A stretch of 63,946 nt of DNA, counting the filler, from Octopus bimaculoides (lineage: Eukaryota), in assembly GCF_001194135.2 (NCBI RefSeq). It is 5 parts of 5 records of this genome, joined end to end, with 100 filler letters (N's around TTAATTAATTAA, not from the genome) between each part and the next. Parts side by side here need not be neighbours in the genome. Positions count along the whole stretch, not along the records: positions 15,769 to 43,527 come from NC_068989.1; 4 more parts are not named here. One strand, given 5' to 3'. A model generated the notes under the pieces. The model ran no database searches, had not been told where the DNA came from, and saw only the letters and a program-made list of their open reading frames with translations. Made by a program: the position numbers and the translations under genes. Shown here piece after piece: positions 25,701 through 38,749 of the stretch; the first letter of the stretch is position 1, and every line of letters starts with the position of its first letter.

Positions 25701-26148
25701 AGTCCAACAACAACCATCAACGTAAATTAACAATAGATAAACACGATAACTCACTAAATGTAGCAGCAGAATAATCACGCAGAAGAGTAGACGAACCTAG
25801 CAGGCGTCGATACTGACCGTCTGTACGAAGGTTATAATGGACACAGGTTCGTGTGTCACATAGCTAGCTAGAGGCGATGGCCTCTTGGAGCTAATCAACG
25901 GCAGCATTCATCCTATTTTTTTGGACTGCCATGTTGGCTTGGCGATAACTATTAATATCCACTACCGCTGCCGTGGTCTCCTTTAGAGAGACTTAGAAAT
26001 AATTCTCTTTCTCTCTCTCTCTCTNNNNNNNNNNNNNNNNNNNNNNNNNNNNNNNNNNNNNNNNNNNNNNNNNNNNNNNNNNNNNNNNNNNNNNNNNNNN
26101 NNNNNNNNNNNNNNNNNNNNNNNNNNNNNNNNNNNNNNNNNNNNNNNN

Positions 26149-26720
26149 NGCGGTTTTTCAATTGCCTAAAATAAAATGGGGACAGTATAAACTATCTGCA
26201 TCAACTTGCTATAAAAGCAGGTAGTAATTTAGCCTTTTTTTTTTTAAATATCTTTATATTAGCGCAAGATTTGAAGAGTGCAGTTCGATTTTAATAGTTA
26301 TTTTTTCAAAGCTATAATAGAAGTGATAAAGGAGCATATTCGGCACATTTTGTTTTTTGAGTTCAATAAAGGCAACAACGCAACGGAAAGTGCGAAGAAT
26401 ATTAATGCAGTATATAGGGATCGGAGAATAAGTGTAAGCTAGTGTCAACGGTGGTTACAGAAATTCTGAGCCGGAAACTACAGCCTAGAAGACCAACCTC
26501 ATCCTGGAAGATCTGTAGTGCGCGACGAGGCCCTCCTGTAAACCCTGGTGGACCAAAATCCCATCGTAACTTTTACGGAGCTAGCAGAGAAGCTTGGATT
26601 TAGTCAGAAGCTTCGATTTGGTCAGTGCTAGAAGAAAAACAGCCATCTTTGGTTTCAAGACGAAAGGCGTTCTTCGATCAGGATAATGCTCGGCCACATG
26701 CAGCGATCAGGATAATACTT
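26149..26720 (+). mobile_element. Mariner relic, internally deleted
   Basis: EHIRH..EFNKGNNATESA N-terminus and FFDQDNARPH; same family as 33524-34443. Confidence 0.8.
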
Positions 26721-26884
26721 GGCAACATACTGCAAAACAAAACTGATCTTTACACAAACGCACAGAACAACAGCAGTCAAATAACGACAGCTGAGTGCAC
26801 AACAAACATCAGCAATCTGACTGTTGTCTGTACTCTTGACAAGAGATGCCAGTTAGTCTTTTACACCTACCAGGCACGTTCGTA

Positions 26885-27286
26885 TTAGCCCGAGTTGCAG
26901 GATAATTTTACGTTCCTTTAAGAATATTGTAGAACGGAAACTTTTCATAGATTGGAATTTAAATCCTAATCTCTATAGAAATTCATTGTTCCAAGAAAAC
27001 ATTTAATTTGAATTACTTTTAAACTTTACGATTATAAATAATTCTGAGCCCGAGTCAGGCGTGTGTGAATGAAGTCGGGAGAACGTCTGCTACCGACAAT
27101 GTTTTTTGACACAGGGCAACTTTAAGACGACCGCCAGACGCGGAACGAAAATAAACGAACTGCGACTAAGCACAATTAAAGGAGTTCGTGTTATTGGCTG
27201 CAATTACATATTTGAACTTAGTGTTAACAGAAATTAAATCAGCTAGCAAATACTCGTTCACTTTACTGAATTTATACTCGGGCTAA
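26885..27286. mobile_element. Possible MITE bounded by 11-bp inverted repeats
   Basis: ttagcccgagt / actcgggctaa. Confidence 0.3.
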
Positions 27287-27326
27287 GCCTGAACAGTCCG
27301 AGTGTTGGAGTCGGCAGTGATATATA

Positions 27327-27583
27327 TTGGGTTGGTGCATAATTATTGCGGCTTTTTTTTTTTTTTCAACAAATCTTATTCAATAAAAACAATAACAATA
27401 TTTAACAAAAACATCTTTAAATGACGGTCTGACCGTCTGCCAAGCAAATGGGAAGCAGTAATTGAAGTAGATGGTGAATATGCTCCGGAAAAATCATTTA
27501 AAGATGTTTTTGTTACATGTGGTTATTATTTTTGTTGGATAAAATTTGTTCGAAACAAGCCACAATAATTATGCACCAACCCA

Positions 27584-27584
<1 letters not shown>
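27327..27584. mobile_element. Mariner-derived foldback MITE with TA flanks
   Basis: TIR ttgggttggtgcataattattg; imperfect inverted arms of about 95 bp; TA on both sides. Confidence 0.8.
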
Positions 27585-27657
<73 letters not shown>

Positions 27658-27899
27658 ACATATATACATACATATACATCTACACACACGTATATATATA
27701 TGTGTGTGTGTGTGCGTGTGTATGTGCTTGTGTGTGTGTGTGTGTGTGTGTGTATTGGGTTGGTGCATAATTATTGTGGCTTGTTTCGAACAAATTTATG
27801 AAATATTACTGGTTATCAACAATTAAAAAATTGAAAGTAAAATAATTAAGGAATAAGAAAAAAATTATTGACGATTAAAATGTCTCTCTTTCTCTCTCA

Positions 27900-27942
<43 letters not shown>

Positions 27943-27945
<3 letters not shown>

Positions 27946-28589
27946 GTGTGTTCGGTATTATGTCCGTTTTTATTTTATTTGTCAGGAACCGCGTGATGAC
28001 GAAGCCTGGCCAACAGCAAGAAACACAGCAGGCATTCTGACTTCGTCTGCGCGCCAGACTTCTCCCCCATTTCTTTGAACAGGGCCTTTGACTTAATTCA
28101 GGCGGCTATGTGAAGCTGTTGCAGTATGTGGTCAATTCTTAGCTGTAAAAGGTTGCTGTTGGAAGGCCATATGTGTGGTAGCAGAATTCATTTCCTTACC
28201 ATACCTCTGGAAAAAAATCAGAAGTGGTTGTCGGAGAATTTCTACGAATTTTCCAGCTTCAATCTCTGGTCTCTTAATTCACCTAATTATAACCCCATGG
28301 ATTACTATGTTTGTGACGCGATTGGGAAAGACACCAACAGTTCTGCCAGCAACACCAAGACGTAGCTGGTGGTCAACATCAAGGTATTCCATGGTTTTCC
28401 CTGGGGCACAATGTGGAACATGTGCGCGTGGTTCTAGAATCGTATTGAGGGAGTGGTGGAAGCCGAGGGCGGCTACTTTGAGGAAAATGTTGATATTTTT
28501 GTTTATTTTTTAAAAATACTTTTATTTTTGGATGGGATATTGTTTCCTTCTTACGTGCAAACTGTCAAATTTAGGCCGAACAGCCATTA

Positions 28590-28590
<1 letters not shown>
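27943..28590 (+). mobile_element. Tc1/mariner relic related to 9360-9916
   Basis: QKWLSENF..NSPNYNPMDYYVCDAI..VVEAEGGYFE. Confidence 0.7.
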
Positions 28591-28830
<240 letters not shown>

Positions 28831-30844
28831 TGTTGCAGCAGCAACATAGCATTGTTTTTAGTTTTGGATCGAGAAGCTGAAAGAACATTTTCATAGAATT
28901 ATTAGAGTATAAAAAAGTGTAGAAGCGAAAATTTACCGTGAAAACGTGATGAAATCATCCCGGACGGACCTTAGATCGAATAATATATAGATTGTCCTAT
29001 AAGAACTTCCACTTTTTGCCAAAACTATTGATAACAATTTTGAAACTAATTTTCAATTCTGTTAATAATTCTTGTGTCATGTATAAGAGTTATAGTCTCG
29101 TCCCACCTGCAGGTTTATAAATATGCCATTTGCTTTTGTGGGGGTGAGAAGGATATAAAATTAGATGAGATGGAAAGTAAGGAGGAGAAATGTGATGAAA
29201 TGTACATACTACCTCGTTTCTTACTGATCCATTCATCATTGACCCGGAATACCACGCTACGTTACAACTGTAAACTATGTTATGCTTATCAGGGATTGAT
29301 TTTTACACGGGTTAACAATCATTGTACCTCAAAATCCCGCTCTACTGTCAAGCTACAATGTATATCTACTCATAAATCTATTGCATGCATTTAAATGACT
29401 GTCGATACACGCACCCATCAACATGGGACCAATGAACGGAAGAAATACGAAATCGCCTGATCCAAACAAACGATGAAGACCAGAGTTCTCTGCAGGAAAC
29501 GGTACTGACGACCAAGACTACGTAACGGTGGAAATTTCGCCGCTGTGGGCCCCATTTTTGATGTCAATGGATACACTATTGGTTCCGTTTACAAACTGCA
29601 CGGTGACAATTCGTTTATCACGGATTCGTTCATCACTGTTGTGAGCAAAGCCACTGTGATGAACGAAGATAGATGCATACGTAGTTTGCAAAATATATGG
29701 ATGCATAGATGATACTCTCTTCCTGATACAGAAAGGCCTCCAGCTAATGCTAATGAAAGATCACAGATCCAAGAATTTGTGCCCTCTCCTAGTTGTTGTT
29801 CTCTGATCTACATGAATGTATGTTTAGAATAGTTCAACTCTGATCTACATGAATGTATGTTTAGAATAATTCAACTCGCTCTAATCATTTTCACTACCAC
29901 CACCGCCCCATCTTTAGATTAATTCACCGCAGGAGAGAACACTTCGCTCTCCTGTCCCAACCTTTCTTTCCAAACGAGTTGATGAGTGTTTGAATGCGTC
30001 CTCACTAAAATCTTTCAGCCTCGTTCACTCATCACTTCTTCCCATCATATCTACAAGACAGGTCCCTAATAAAAGAGCTCGGTGGTGTGTTAATGATGTT
30101 TATGAAGAGCTCGGCCAATAACTGGATCCGTCCTACACGCAGCAACCGCTGTTAAACATTATTTTGCACTATAATATATTTCAGTAACTTAGAATAATAA
30201 GAAAAATAAAAGCTCTTTCTCGTGTTATATAGTTGTTATTATTGTTATTGTCATTATAACGAAATAAAAGGATTAATTTTTCATTAAGAAAAAACTTCAC
30301 AAATTTATTATAAAAAGAAAATGAAAGAAAATGGAAGATATATGCAAACGTCTTAATCAAAACCACATTGAAGAGAATCGATTTGAATGTGCACCAAAAG
30401 AAAAGAAAAGGAGAGAATAAGAAAGCATGGATCTGTACATGAAAAACAATCTGTTTGAAATATACAAATGGGAATTAAAATCGTTACGATAACGACTTAA
30501 TCAATAATAGATGAATAATAAATGATTGATGAAAATGAAAAAAACAGACGTAATTCAAGTAGGTAAATGATGGCTATAAAAATGCCAGACAGGAAAACTT
30601 GTCATGTTGTTAACATAATGGATTATCTCCCTCTTTTGTAGAGCTCTTCATTTTCGATCCTCTACTTATTAAATTTCATATCTTCAATTTTTTTTCCTTT
30701 TGAAATTATTTGTTTCTCTTATTTGTCAAGCTGTATGTCTGGTAGGACCAGCGTATAGACAATTCATGTATTTACTTTTTTATCTAGTATTTTATCCTTT
30801 CTTTATTTGAATGTCTGGAAAAAGATGTGCGTATATGTGTTCGT

Positions 30845-31057
30845 GTATGTATGTATTCTTTTACTTGTTTCAGCCATTTGACTGCGGACATACTGGAGCA
30901 CGGCCTTAAAGGGTTTTAGTCGAAGAAATTGACCACAGGACTTATTCTTTGTCAAGCGATTATGGGGCAACAAACACAGACACAAAGACACACACAAACA
31001 ACTATATACATACATACATACATACATACATACATACATACATACAGGCGTACATAC

Positions 31058-31095
<38 letters not shown>

Positions 31096-31301
31096 TATCT
31101 TTTGTGATCTACGTCATATATTTTAATAATTACTGGTATTTTTATATATTGTATATGTAAAGCATATTATGCTATACATGTATTTATAGTATGTATATTG
31201 TTATAATGGTTTGCTTTTTTTAAATAACTAAATAAATAGACATAATATAATGTCTAAAAGTTGATGAATACCACCTCTTTATGGCCTCCATTTTCTTATT
31301 G

Positions 31302-31346
<45 letters not shown>

Positions 31347-31495
31347 CACAACAGGTTTCTTTCAGTTTCCGTCTACCAAATCCACTTACAAGACCTTGGT
31401 CGGCCCGAGGCTATAGAAGAAGACACCCAATGTGCCACGCGGTAGGACTGAACCCGGAACCATGTGTTTGGGAAGCAAGCTTCTTACCACACAGT
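30845..31495 (-). mobile_element. SINE family A halves (30845-30990 and 31350-31495) separated by microsatellite/AT-rich DNA
   Basis: Reverse-complement family A motifs. Confidence 0.7.
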
Positions 31496-31794
31496 GACAT
31501 ATGTGTACATACGTACAATAACTATATTTATCTCATCCATGAACAAAATTCGTAGGCGCTGTATGTCAAACGTGACCTGCCTATTGAAGATAAATTAATA
31601 CACACAAATACATATTCTCTCTTTCTCTCTCTTTCTCTCGCTCTCTATTTCTCTCACCATTCCTGTGGGGCTAAGCATACTTACAAATTTATATATGTAC
31701 GCAGAGAGATGTGTTTACGCCACCATATATGGATGCAAATAATACACATACACACTCAAACGCACATAAATTCACGCTGAAGCGACCATGTAAA

Positions 31795-32016
31795 AAAACT
31801 GAAAGATATACAAAGGCGTCTAGACGCAGTATAAAATCAAAAAGAAAAATTTCAATTGTTACTAATAATGAAACTGAAAGATATACAAAGGCGTCTAGAC
31901 GCAGTATAAAATCAAAAAGAAAAATTTCAATTGGTACTAATAATGAAACTGAAAGATATACAAAGGCGTCTAGACGCAATATAAAATCAAAAAGAAAAAT
32001 TTCAACTGTTACTAAA
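31795..32016. repeat. 75-bp minisatellite, about 3 copies
   Basis: Units start at 31798, 31873 and 31948; each contains the palindrome GCGTCTAGACGC. Confidence 0.95.
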
Positions 32017-32091
32017 TGTGACAATGGTGTTAGGAGACACATACATTGCTAGAGATAAGAGCTAAACGCTCTAATGCTGTAGTTAACGCAT

Positions 32092-32231
32092 ATGAATGAA
32101 AACATGCACATTAACAGGGACCATAATCGTCGATTTTCGGACGATTAATACTGACGCGTCAGTATTAATGATTCTCGACTGGCACTTTTCGGATAGCTAT
32201 GGTCCCGGTTAGTGTATATGTTTTCATTCAT
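32092..32231. repeat. 140-bp quasi-palindrome (MITE-like)
   Basis: Outer arms atgaatgaaaacat..gggaccata / tatggtccc..atgttttcattcat; perfect central 26-bp palindrome at 32144-32169. Confidence 0.85.
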
Positions 32232-32539
32232 GTGGATTAGTTAAAGATTTAATCTCCATTCTGTCAACACCTGACATGTAAAATTCTTCCCTGAAGACGG
32301 AGCCTGGTGTTATCCGATGATGGAATCAAGTTACAAGAATTATTTTAAACCACCAAGTTCCCAGAAATAGTTGCTGAACTCTTAATACTCCTACTCAACA
32401 CCCTTAATTTCTGATATCATTTCCATTCCGTATAGGTAGGATTTCTTTTATATGTATACATATGTACATTCTTTGTATTAAATGTATTTAACATTTTTTA
32501 TATATCGACTTGACTAAAAGTCGCTTGTCCTTACATTTA

Positions 32540-32571
<32 letters not shown>

Positions 32572-33523
32572 NNNNNNNNNNNNNNNNNNNNNNNNNNNNN
32601 NNNNNNNNNNNNNNNNNNNNNNNNNNNNNNNNNNNNNNNNNNNNNNNNNNNNNNNNNNNNNNNNNNNNNNNNNNNNNNNNNNNNNNNNNNNNNNNNNNNN
32701 NNNNNNNNNNNNNNNNNNNNNNNNNNNNNNNNNNNNNNNNNNNNNNNNNNNNNNNNNNNNNNNNNNNNNNNNNNNNNNNNNNNNNNNNNNNNNNNNNNNN
32801 NNNNNNNNNNNNNNNNNNNNNNNNNNNNNNNNNNNNNNNNNNNNNNNNNNNNNNNNNNNNNNNNNNNNNNNNNNNNNNNNNNNNNNNNNNNNNNNNNNNN
32901 NNNNNNNNNNNNNNNNNNNNNNNNNNNNNNNNNNNNNNNNNNNNNNNNNNNNNNNNNNNNNNNNNNNNNNNNNNNNNNNNNNNNNNNNNNNNNNNNNNNN
33001 NNNNNNNNNNNNNNNNNNNNNNNNNNNNNNNNNNNNNNNNNNNNNNNNNNNNNNNNNNNNNNNNNNNNNNNNNNNNNNNNNNNNNNNNNNNNNNNNNNNN
33101 NNNNNNNNNNNNNNNNNNNNNNNNNNNNNNNNNNNNNNNNNNNNNNNNNNNNNNNNNNNNNNNNNNNNNNNNNNNNNNNNNNNNNNNNNNNNNNNNNNNN
33201 NNNNNNNNNNNNNNNNNNNNNNNNNNNNNNNNNNNNNNNNNNNNNNNNNNNNNNNNNNNNNNNNNNNNNNNNNNNNNNNNNNNNNNNNNNNNNNNNNNNN
33301 NNNNNNNNNNNNNNNNNNNNNNNNNNNNNNNNNNNNNNNNNNNNNNNNNNNNNNNNNNNNNNNNNNNNNNNNNNNNNNNNNNNNNNNNNNNNNNNNNNNN
33401 NNNNNNNNNNNNNNNNNNNNNNNNNNNNNNNNNNNNNNNNNNNNNNNNNNNNNNNNNNNNNNNNNNNNNNNNNNAAGGAATCTTGCGAGCCAGATACAAA
33501 AATGAAATATATAAATATATATA

Positions 33524-34443
33524 TTGTGTTAACCCATAAATAATGGGGTTTTTTTTTCAATTGCATGAACTAAAAACCGGAGTGGAAGCCGAGATAAACT
33601 TCCTGCATCAACATGCTATAAAAGCAGGTAGTAATTTTACCTTGTCCTTGTTCTTCGTGCAAGATTTGAAGAGTGCAGTTAGATTTTAACAGTTATTTTT
33701 CAAAGCTATTAAGGAAGTGACAAACGAGCATATTGGGCATATTTTGCTTTATGAATTCAATAAAGGCAACAACGCAACGGAAAGTGCGATGAATATTAAT
33801 GCAGTATATGGAGGTGGGACAATAAGCGTAAGCCAGTGTCAAGCACAGAAGGCAGTAGGTAAGGAAAGATGAAACACCGGCAACCCAGGCTAAAGAATGC
33901 CTTTATCAACATAAGGTGTTGTTATCTGTTTGGTGGCATATAAAAGGTTTAATCCACTTTGAACTTTTAAACCCAAACCAAACGATAACAAAAGAGATCT
34001 ACTGCGAGCAGCTTGAGCGGCTTACGTCAACGCTAGAAGATACACGACCACCTTTGGTTTCAAGACGAAGGGTGTTTTTCGATCAGGATAATGCTCGGCC
34101 ACATACAGCGAGGATGACATTCCAAAGGCTGGAACAGTTTGAATGGGAAACAATGCCCCGTCCTCCGTATTCACCGGACGTTGCCTCATCTGGTTATCAT
34201 TTATTCCGCAGTCTTCAAAATCATTTGAGCAGAAAAAATATGAATTCCGTAGACGAGGTGAGAACAGTACTGGAGGAGTAATTTCGGTCACCGGCAAGTG
34301 AATTTTGGAAGAGGGGTCTTGATAGATGGAAGAGCATTGTGGAAAATGAAGAAGAATATATTTTAGATTAAAAAAGAACTTTATCTTAATTTTGAAAAAT
34401 AAAGAGTAGTATAAAAACCCCATTATTTATGGGATAAACCCAA
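33524..34443 (+). mobile_element. Mariner element with both TIRs, internally deleted transposase
   Basis: TIRs ttg(t/g)gtt..cccataaataatggggttttt with TA flanks; LLSVWWHIKG..FDQDNARPH..PPYSPDVASSGYHLFRSL. Confidence 0.92.
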
Positions 34444-34451
34444 TATACATG

Positions 34452-34493
<42 letters not shown>

Positions 34494-34819
34494 TAAAATT
34501 CAAGTATAGAGATATATAATTGTATAGAATACATTTATAATTAAGGGCAGCACAAATGCTACCATGCCTATATGCTAGAAGTCAACGCCAAATACCTCCG
34601 GCCACTATAAGATTTCACTTCAATATATACACAGCTTGAAAGTGGGATAGGTTGACTAAATAAAATTCATGACATAATTCAGATAGTTCTAGATTGATCA
34701 ATTTCTGGATTAGTTTAATAACTCTTCCTTCATCAACAGAACATACTGGGCAAAATAAATGAAGATACTTGTATTTATACATACCCACATATCTATGGGT
34801 ATATATAAATAATTTCATT

Positions 34820-34980
34820 TATTTCGCCCGTTTATTTTCTCTTATTCATTTCTGTTGAAGAGCGTGGGCTAGAAACGTAAAAGACTTTCTCACTTTCCTG
34901 AGCGGTCAAACTAATATAGCTACTTGTTGTTCGTTCACCTGTCTTCGTCTTTTGTTTTTCTGTAAATTTCAACTACATAT
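34820..34980 (+). mobile_element. Penelope-LTR-like repeat (family P2) with degenerate hammerhead
   Basis: Homologous to 38551-38720 (minus); ctgttgaagagcgtgggctagaaacgtaaaag. Confidence 0.6.
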
Positions 34981-35479
34981 ATGTATATATATATATATAT
35001 ATATATCAGAAAGTAAGAAAATGGAGATATAACATTTAATATAAATCTATCATCTGAAAAAATCAAATATGGTGCCTTACACCTGCTTCGATTAGGCCTA
35101 ATAGATAAAATAGTAATTAATAAAAACATTATATTAGGCCAAATCTATTCAGAGGGTTAGAAAAAAGGTTTTAAGTGTTATATTTTAGAATTATCACGGA
35201 ATTATCACAGAAATGTTCTCTATGTGGCCTGTGTGTTTTCTGTACTCTGTTTATCATTTTGTCCATGTTTTTTTTGCAACGTCCTGTACCCAGATATGCA
35301 TCTATATATACATGTAGATGTACGAATCGAAATACCCTAAACTAATATTAACAAAGGTGGATGTGTGGTGATTGGAATTAATGTTTAAGTACTTAAGGTA
35401 CTGGTTGGGTTTATGATATGGGGAGTGCTGGGGGATTTCTAAGTTCAAAGTAACGTCTAAAAAATTAGCGTATAGATGG

Positions 35480-36070
35480 TTTTGTGATGATCATGACAGA
35501 GGAAGTTGAGCAGAGAATCTGCATTAAATTTTGTTAAAATCTTGCCGATGCCTGTTCAGAGGCCCATGCAAAGTTTTCATCGTTCTCGACACAATAAAGG
35601 AGAACTTGTGAAACTAAAATCGAGTGGTTTTTCGTTCAGCTGAAAGCAGTTTGGGAACAAACTTAGCAAACACGCATCTCATATCCAAATCTTCAGTGAT
35701 AATGGACTGAACTGAACCGTAACTAATCAGTACAACCTCTGATAACTCACGGATGATGATTCAACGATTTTCCCCCGCAGCTGCATGCACATCTGCGATG
35801 TTTTTCTCAGTTCTGCTGGCCTCCCAGAACGTTCGTCAGTATTGACATTTTTTAGGTCATCTTGGTAACGTCTGAACTACTCGTACACTTGTGTGCGGCA
35901 CATACACTCCTCTCCATACACTTTCCGCGACTTTGCGAAGGTCTCTGAACAAGTATCACCATGACAACTTTTTAGTCATGGTCAATGCGACGGTCACACG
36001 CAACACACCTTCCTTCCAAACACTGCTGTAAACAGCGGAAGTGAGCTAGAACGTTAAAACTTAGTACGCA
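35480..36070 (-). mobile_element. Mariner N-terminal relic(s)
   Basis: Degenerate GDTCSETF..VYGEE..DERSGRP on minus; EQRICIKFC on plus. Confidence 0.6.
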
Positions 36071-36209
36071 TGCACAGCAGAGATTTTTTTTTTACATACT
36101 ATGGACAAGAATCCTCTCTACCCATTCTACACAGCACTTTCCTTGGATAACGGAACTGCAACTGTAACATCTAACATATATTTGCCAAGCGGCTTTACTC
36201 TGCGTGCTG

Positions 36210-36722
36210 CAGCGTCGTTACCAAGGCAACAGTCCGGATACTGGGTTCTCGAGATGGTCATTAAACTCTGCAGTAATTTTGGGAGCTGTACTTTTGTGAT
36301 CCTTTCTAACAATTCGTGTAAGAATCCAACGGTCGCTATCTGAAAGTTTTGGTTTTCTTCCGGAGTTTTGTTTCGATGTGGGGGTTATTCCCACTTTCTC
36401 AAAGGCTGTCATTACTTTCGAGACAGTACTTCTTGATATACCATTTTGATATAAACATTTTGGCGGTTTTCGTTACGCTAGCGCCTACCGTACAAGCACC
36501 AACAATTTGACCTCTTTGAAAGTCTGTTAGATCTGTCATCTTAATGAATTTTAATTACTTTTTTCTGATGAGATCTGAAACGAAATATCAATTTTAGCAA
36601 AACATATTAAGCAACACTAATAATAAAAAAAAAACAACATAAAAATAAACAAGCTTTTGACGGTTTTATAGGTAGTTCAAAATTATGATGCTAGGTGTTT
36701 CCATTATTTTGTCCAACCCCTG
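36210..36722 (-). mobile_element. Tc1-like element 5' part
   Basis: TIR caggggttggacaaaataatggaaac next to TA; SGRKPKLSDSDR..RIVRKDHKSTAPKITAE. Confidence 0.8.
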
Positions 36723-37569
36723 TATATTTATATAATAATCTGCTTATTTGTTCGCCCGTTATATTTTAGTTAGTTAGAGAAGTGAAGGTGGAGTAAGTGA
36801 AAGGTAGAGTAAAATTGAGAGAGAAAGATAGAGAGGGGGGAGGAGGAAGGAGAGGAGGAGAAATGTGAGTAGAGAAGAAAGGAGTGGGGAGTATAATAAT
36901 ACGTGCATACATTGAGACGGACGGGCGTTCCGTCCAGGTGGGGATCCTATCCGCCAAGGAAGCCGGGGAAACCGGCCCTTATGAGCGAAGCGTCACTCGA
37001 GAAGGAACAAATAACAACAAGCATATATACATACATACATACATACATATATAGAGATATATTTATATATATTTACATAGATTATAGATATACACACACA
37101 CATATATAAGCATATGTATATATATATATAATCGGTCATAATGTCTTACGTTTAAGATGATTCCCATGCTTTCCCTGATGAGAAGGTTACAATTTTAATA
37201 TCAAAGATCCCTATGGATCACACAGGTTGTAATCCTTTGAAACATATGTAGGAATAAAGTATGCAATTATAACATGCGTTTTCTCCAATCCTTAAATTCT
37301 TAAATATACTCAAATACCCAAAATTTCAAGGAGTTTCTGCCTTAAAAACAGGAGCTAACCACAGTTATTTTGAGTTCTTTGCTACATTGGTTTCTATTAA
37401 CCCATTTATTCTATCAGAAGAATTTTTATTCATTAAGATAGAAGAAATANNNNNNNNNNNNNNNNNNNNNNNNNNNNNNNNNNNNNNNNNNNNNNNNNNN
37501 NNNNNNNNNNNNNNNNNNNNNNNNNNNNNNNNNNNNNNNNNNNNNNNNNNNNNNNNNNNNNNNNNNNNN

Positions 37570-37610
<41 letters not shown>

Positions 37611-37649
37611 CACACACACAGAGACACACACAGACACACACACACATAA

Positions 37650-37742
<93 letters not shown>

Positions 37743-38550
37743 TGTTTGTTTGTGGCTTAGTGATTCTCTCCCTTTAAGTCCTTAGATTCTCCCTTCCACT
37801 CTCTCTTTCTCTCTCTCTCTCGTTCTCTTTGTTTCACTCTTTTTCTATTACTTCCATAATAACAAATCTGTAAGCCACAGACACACAAACATACACACAC
37901 ACCCATGTATATCTACACATATATATATATGTATATATGTATATATATGTTTACACCTATATCACACGCCTACACATGTAGACGTTCAAACAAGGACATA
38001 TATATGCACGTATGTATAGACAAATACATAAGTACTGATAATAGCTATTCTATTGTATAATCTTATTCTAAATATCAGATTATGTAAAAAATAAACATGA
38101 AATCAATTGTTGCAAAATCAATGTCGGTTAATGTAAACGTTAATACATATTTTACGTATAACCCTGTGAATGTATGTATGTGTCTTCTCTATTTAATCAT
38201 TTAAAGTTTTTTCTCTGAAGACGGAGTTGGTTTCTAATAAAGGTACAAAGCACCATCTTTGGAATGTAGATTACGAAATCAATGTTACATTTTAAACCTG
38301 AGAAAAGTCTTGCATACTTTGACTGTTCCGCTTACAGATTGTATTTGTAATGCGCGAATCAATTGGTTGATTTCTTTTACTTGTGAATAGAATAAAATTG
38401 TAGATTTAGGTACTTGACTGTTGGCAATATATCCAGTACAAAATACTTCTAACAATTAATGCACGATGAGTGTGTTGTGTGCGTGTGTCGGTGTGTATGT
38501 GTTTGTGCGTGCATGAGTGCGTCTGTGCTTATATATATATATATATATAT

Positions 38551-38720
38551 GGGAGAATTTACGAAAAAAACAACAGACGAGGACAGGTGGTGTAGACAAC
38601 AAAATGATGTATTAGTTTAACGCTCGGGAATACAGAAAATCTTTAACGTTTCGAGCTACGCTCTTCAACAGAAAGAATACGGAGAAAACAAGGAGAAAAC
38701 CACGGAGAAAAAAATTTTTT
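38551..38720 (-). mobile_element. Penelope-LTR-like repeat (family P2)
   Basis: Homologous to 34820-34980; abuts (TA)n. Confidence 0.6.
38640..38676 (-). ncRNA. Minimal type I hammerhead-like motif, CUGUUGA core variant
   Basis: ucuuu-CUGUUGA-a-gagc(gua)gcuc-GAAA-c-GUU-aaaga: 5-bp stem I, 4-bp stem II, palindromic AACGUU stem III. Confidence 0.6.
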
Positions 38721-38749
38721 TGAATGTTTTGGTCAGCGATATATGTGTG

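Noticed and set aside
31795-32231. CRISPR-like repeat array
   Set aside because: Units are contiguous with no unique spacers, and there are no cas genes; eukaryotic context
36564-36585. CTGATGA..GAAA hammerhead-like seed
   Set aside because: No room for stem II and no stem I; lies within a Tc1 relic. Similar seeds near 5643, 37173 and 46576 also fail to fold
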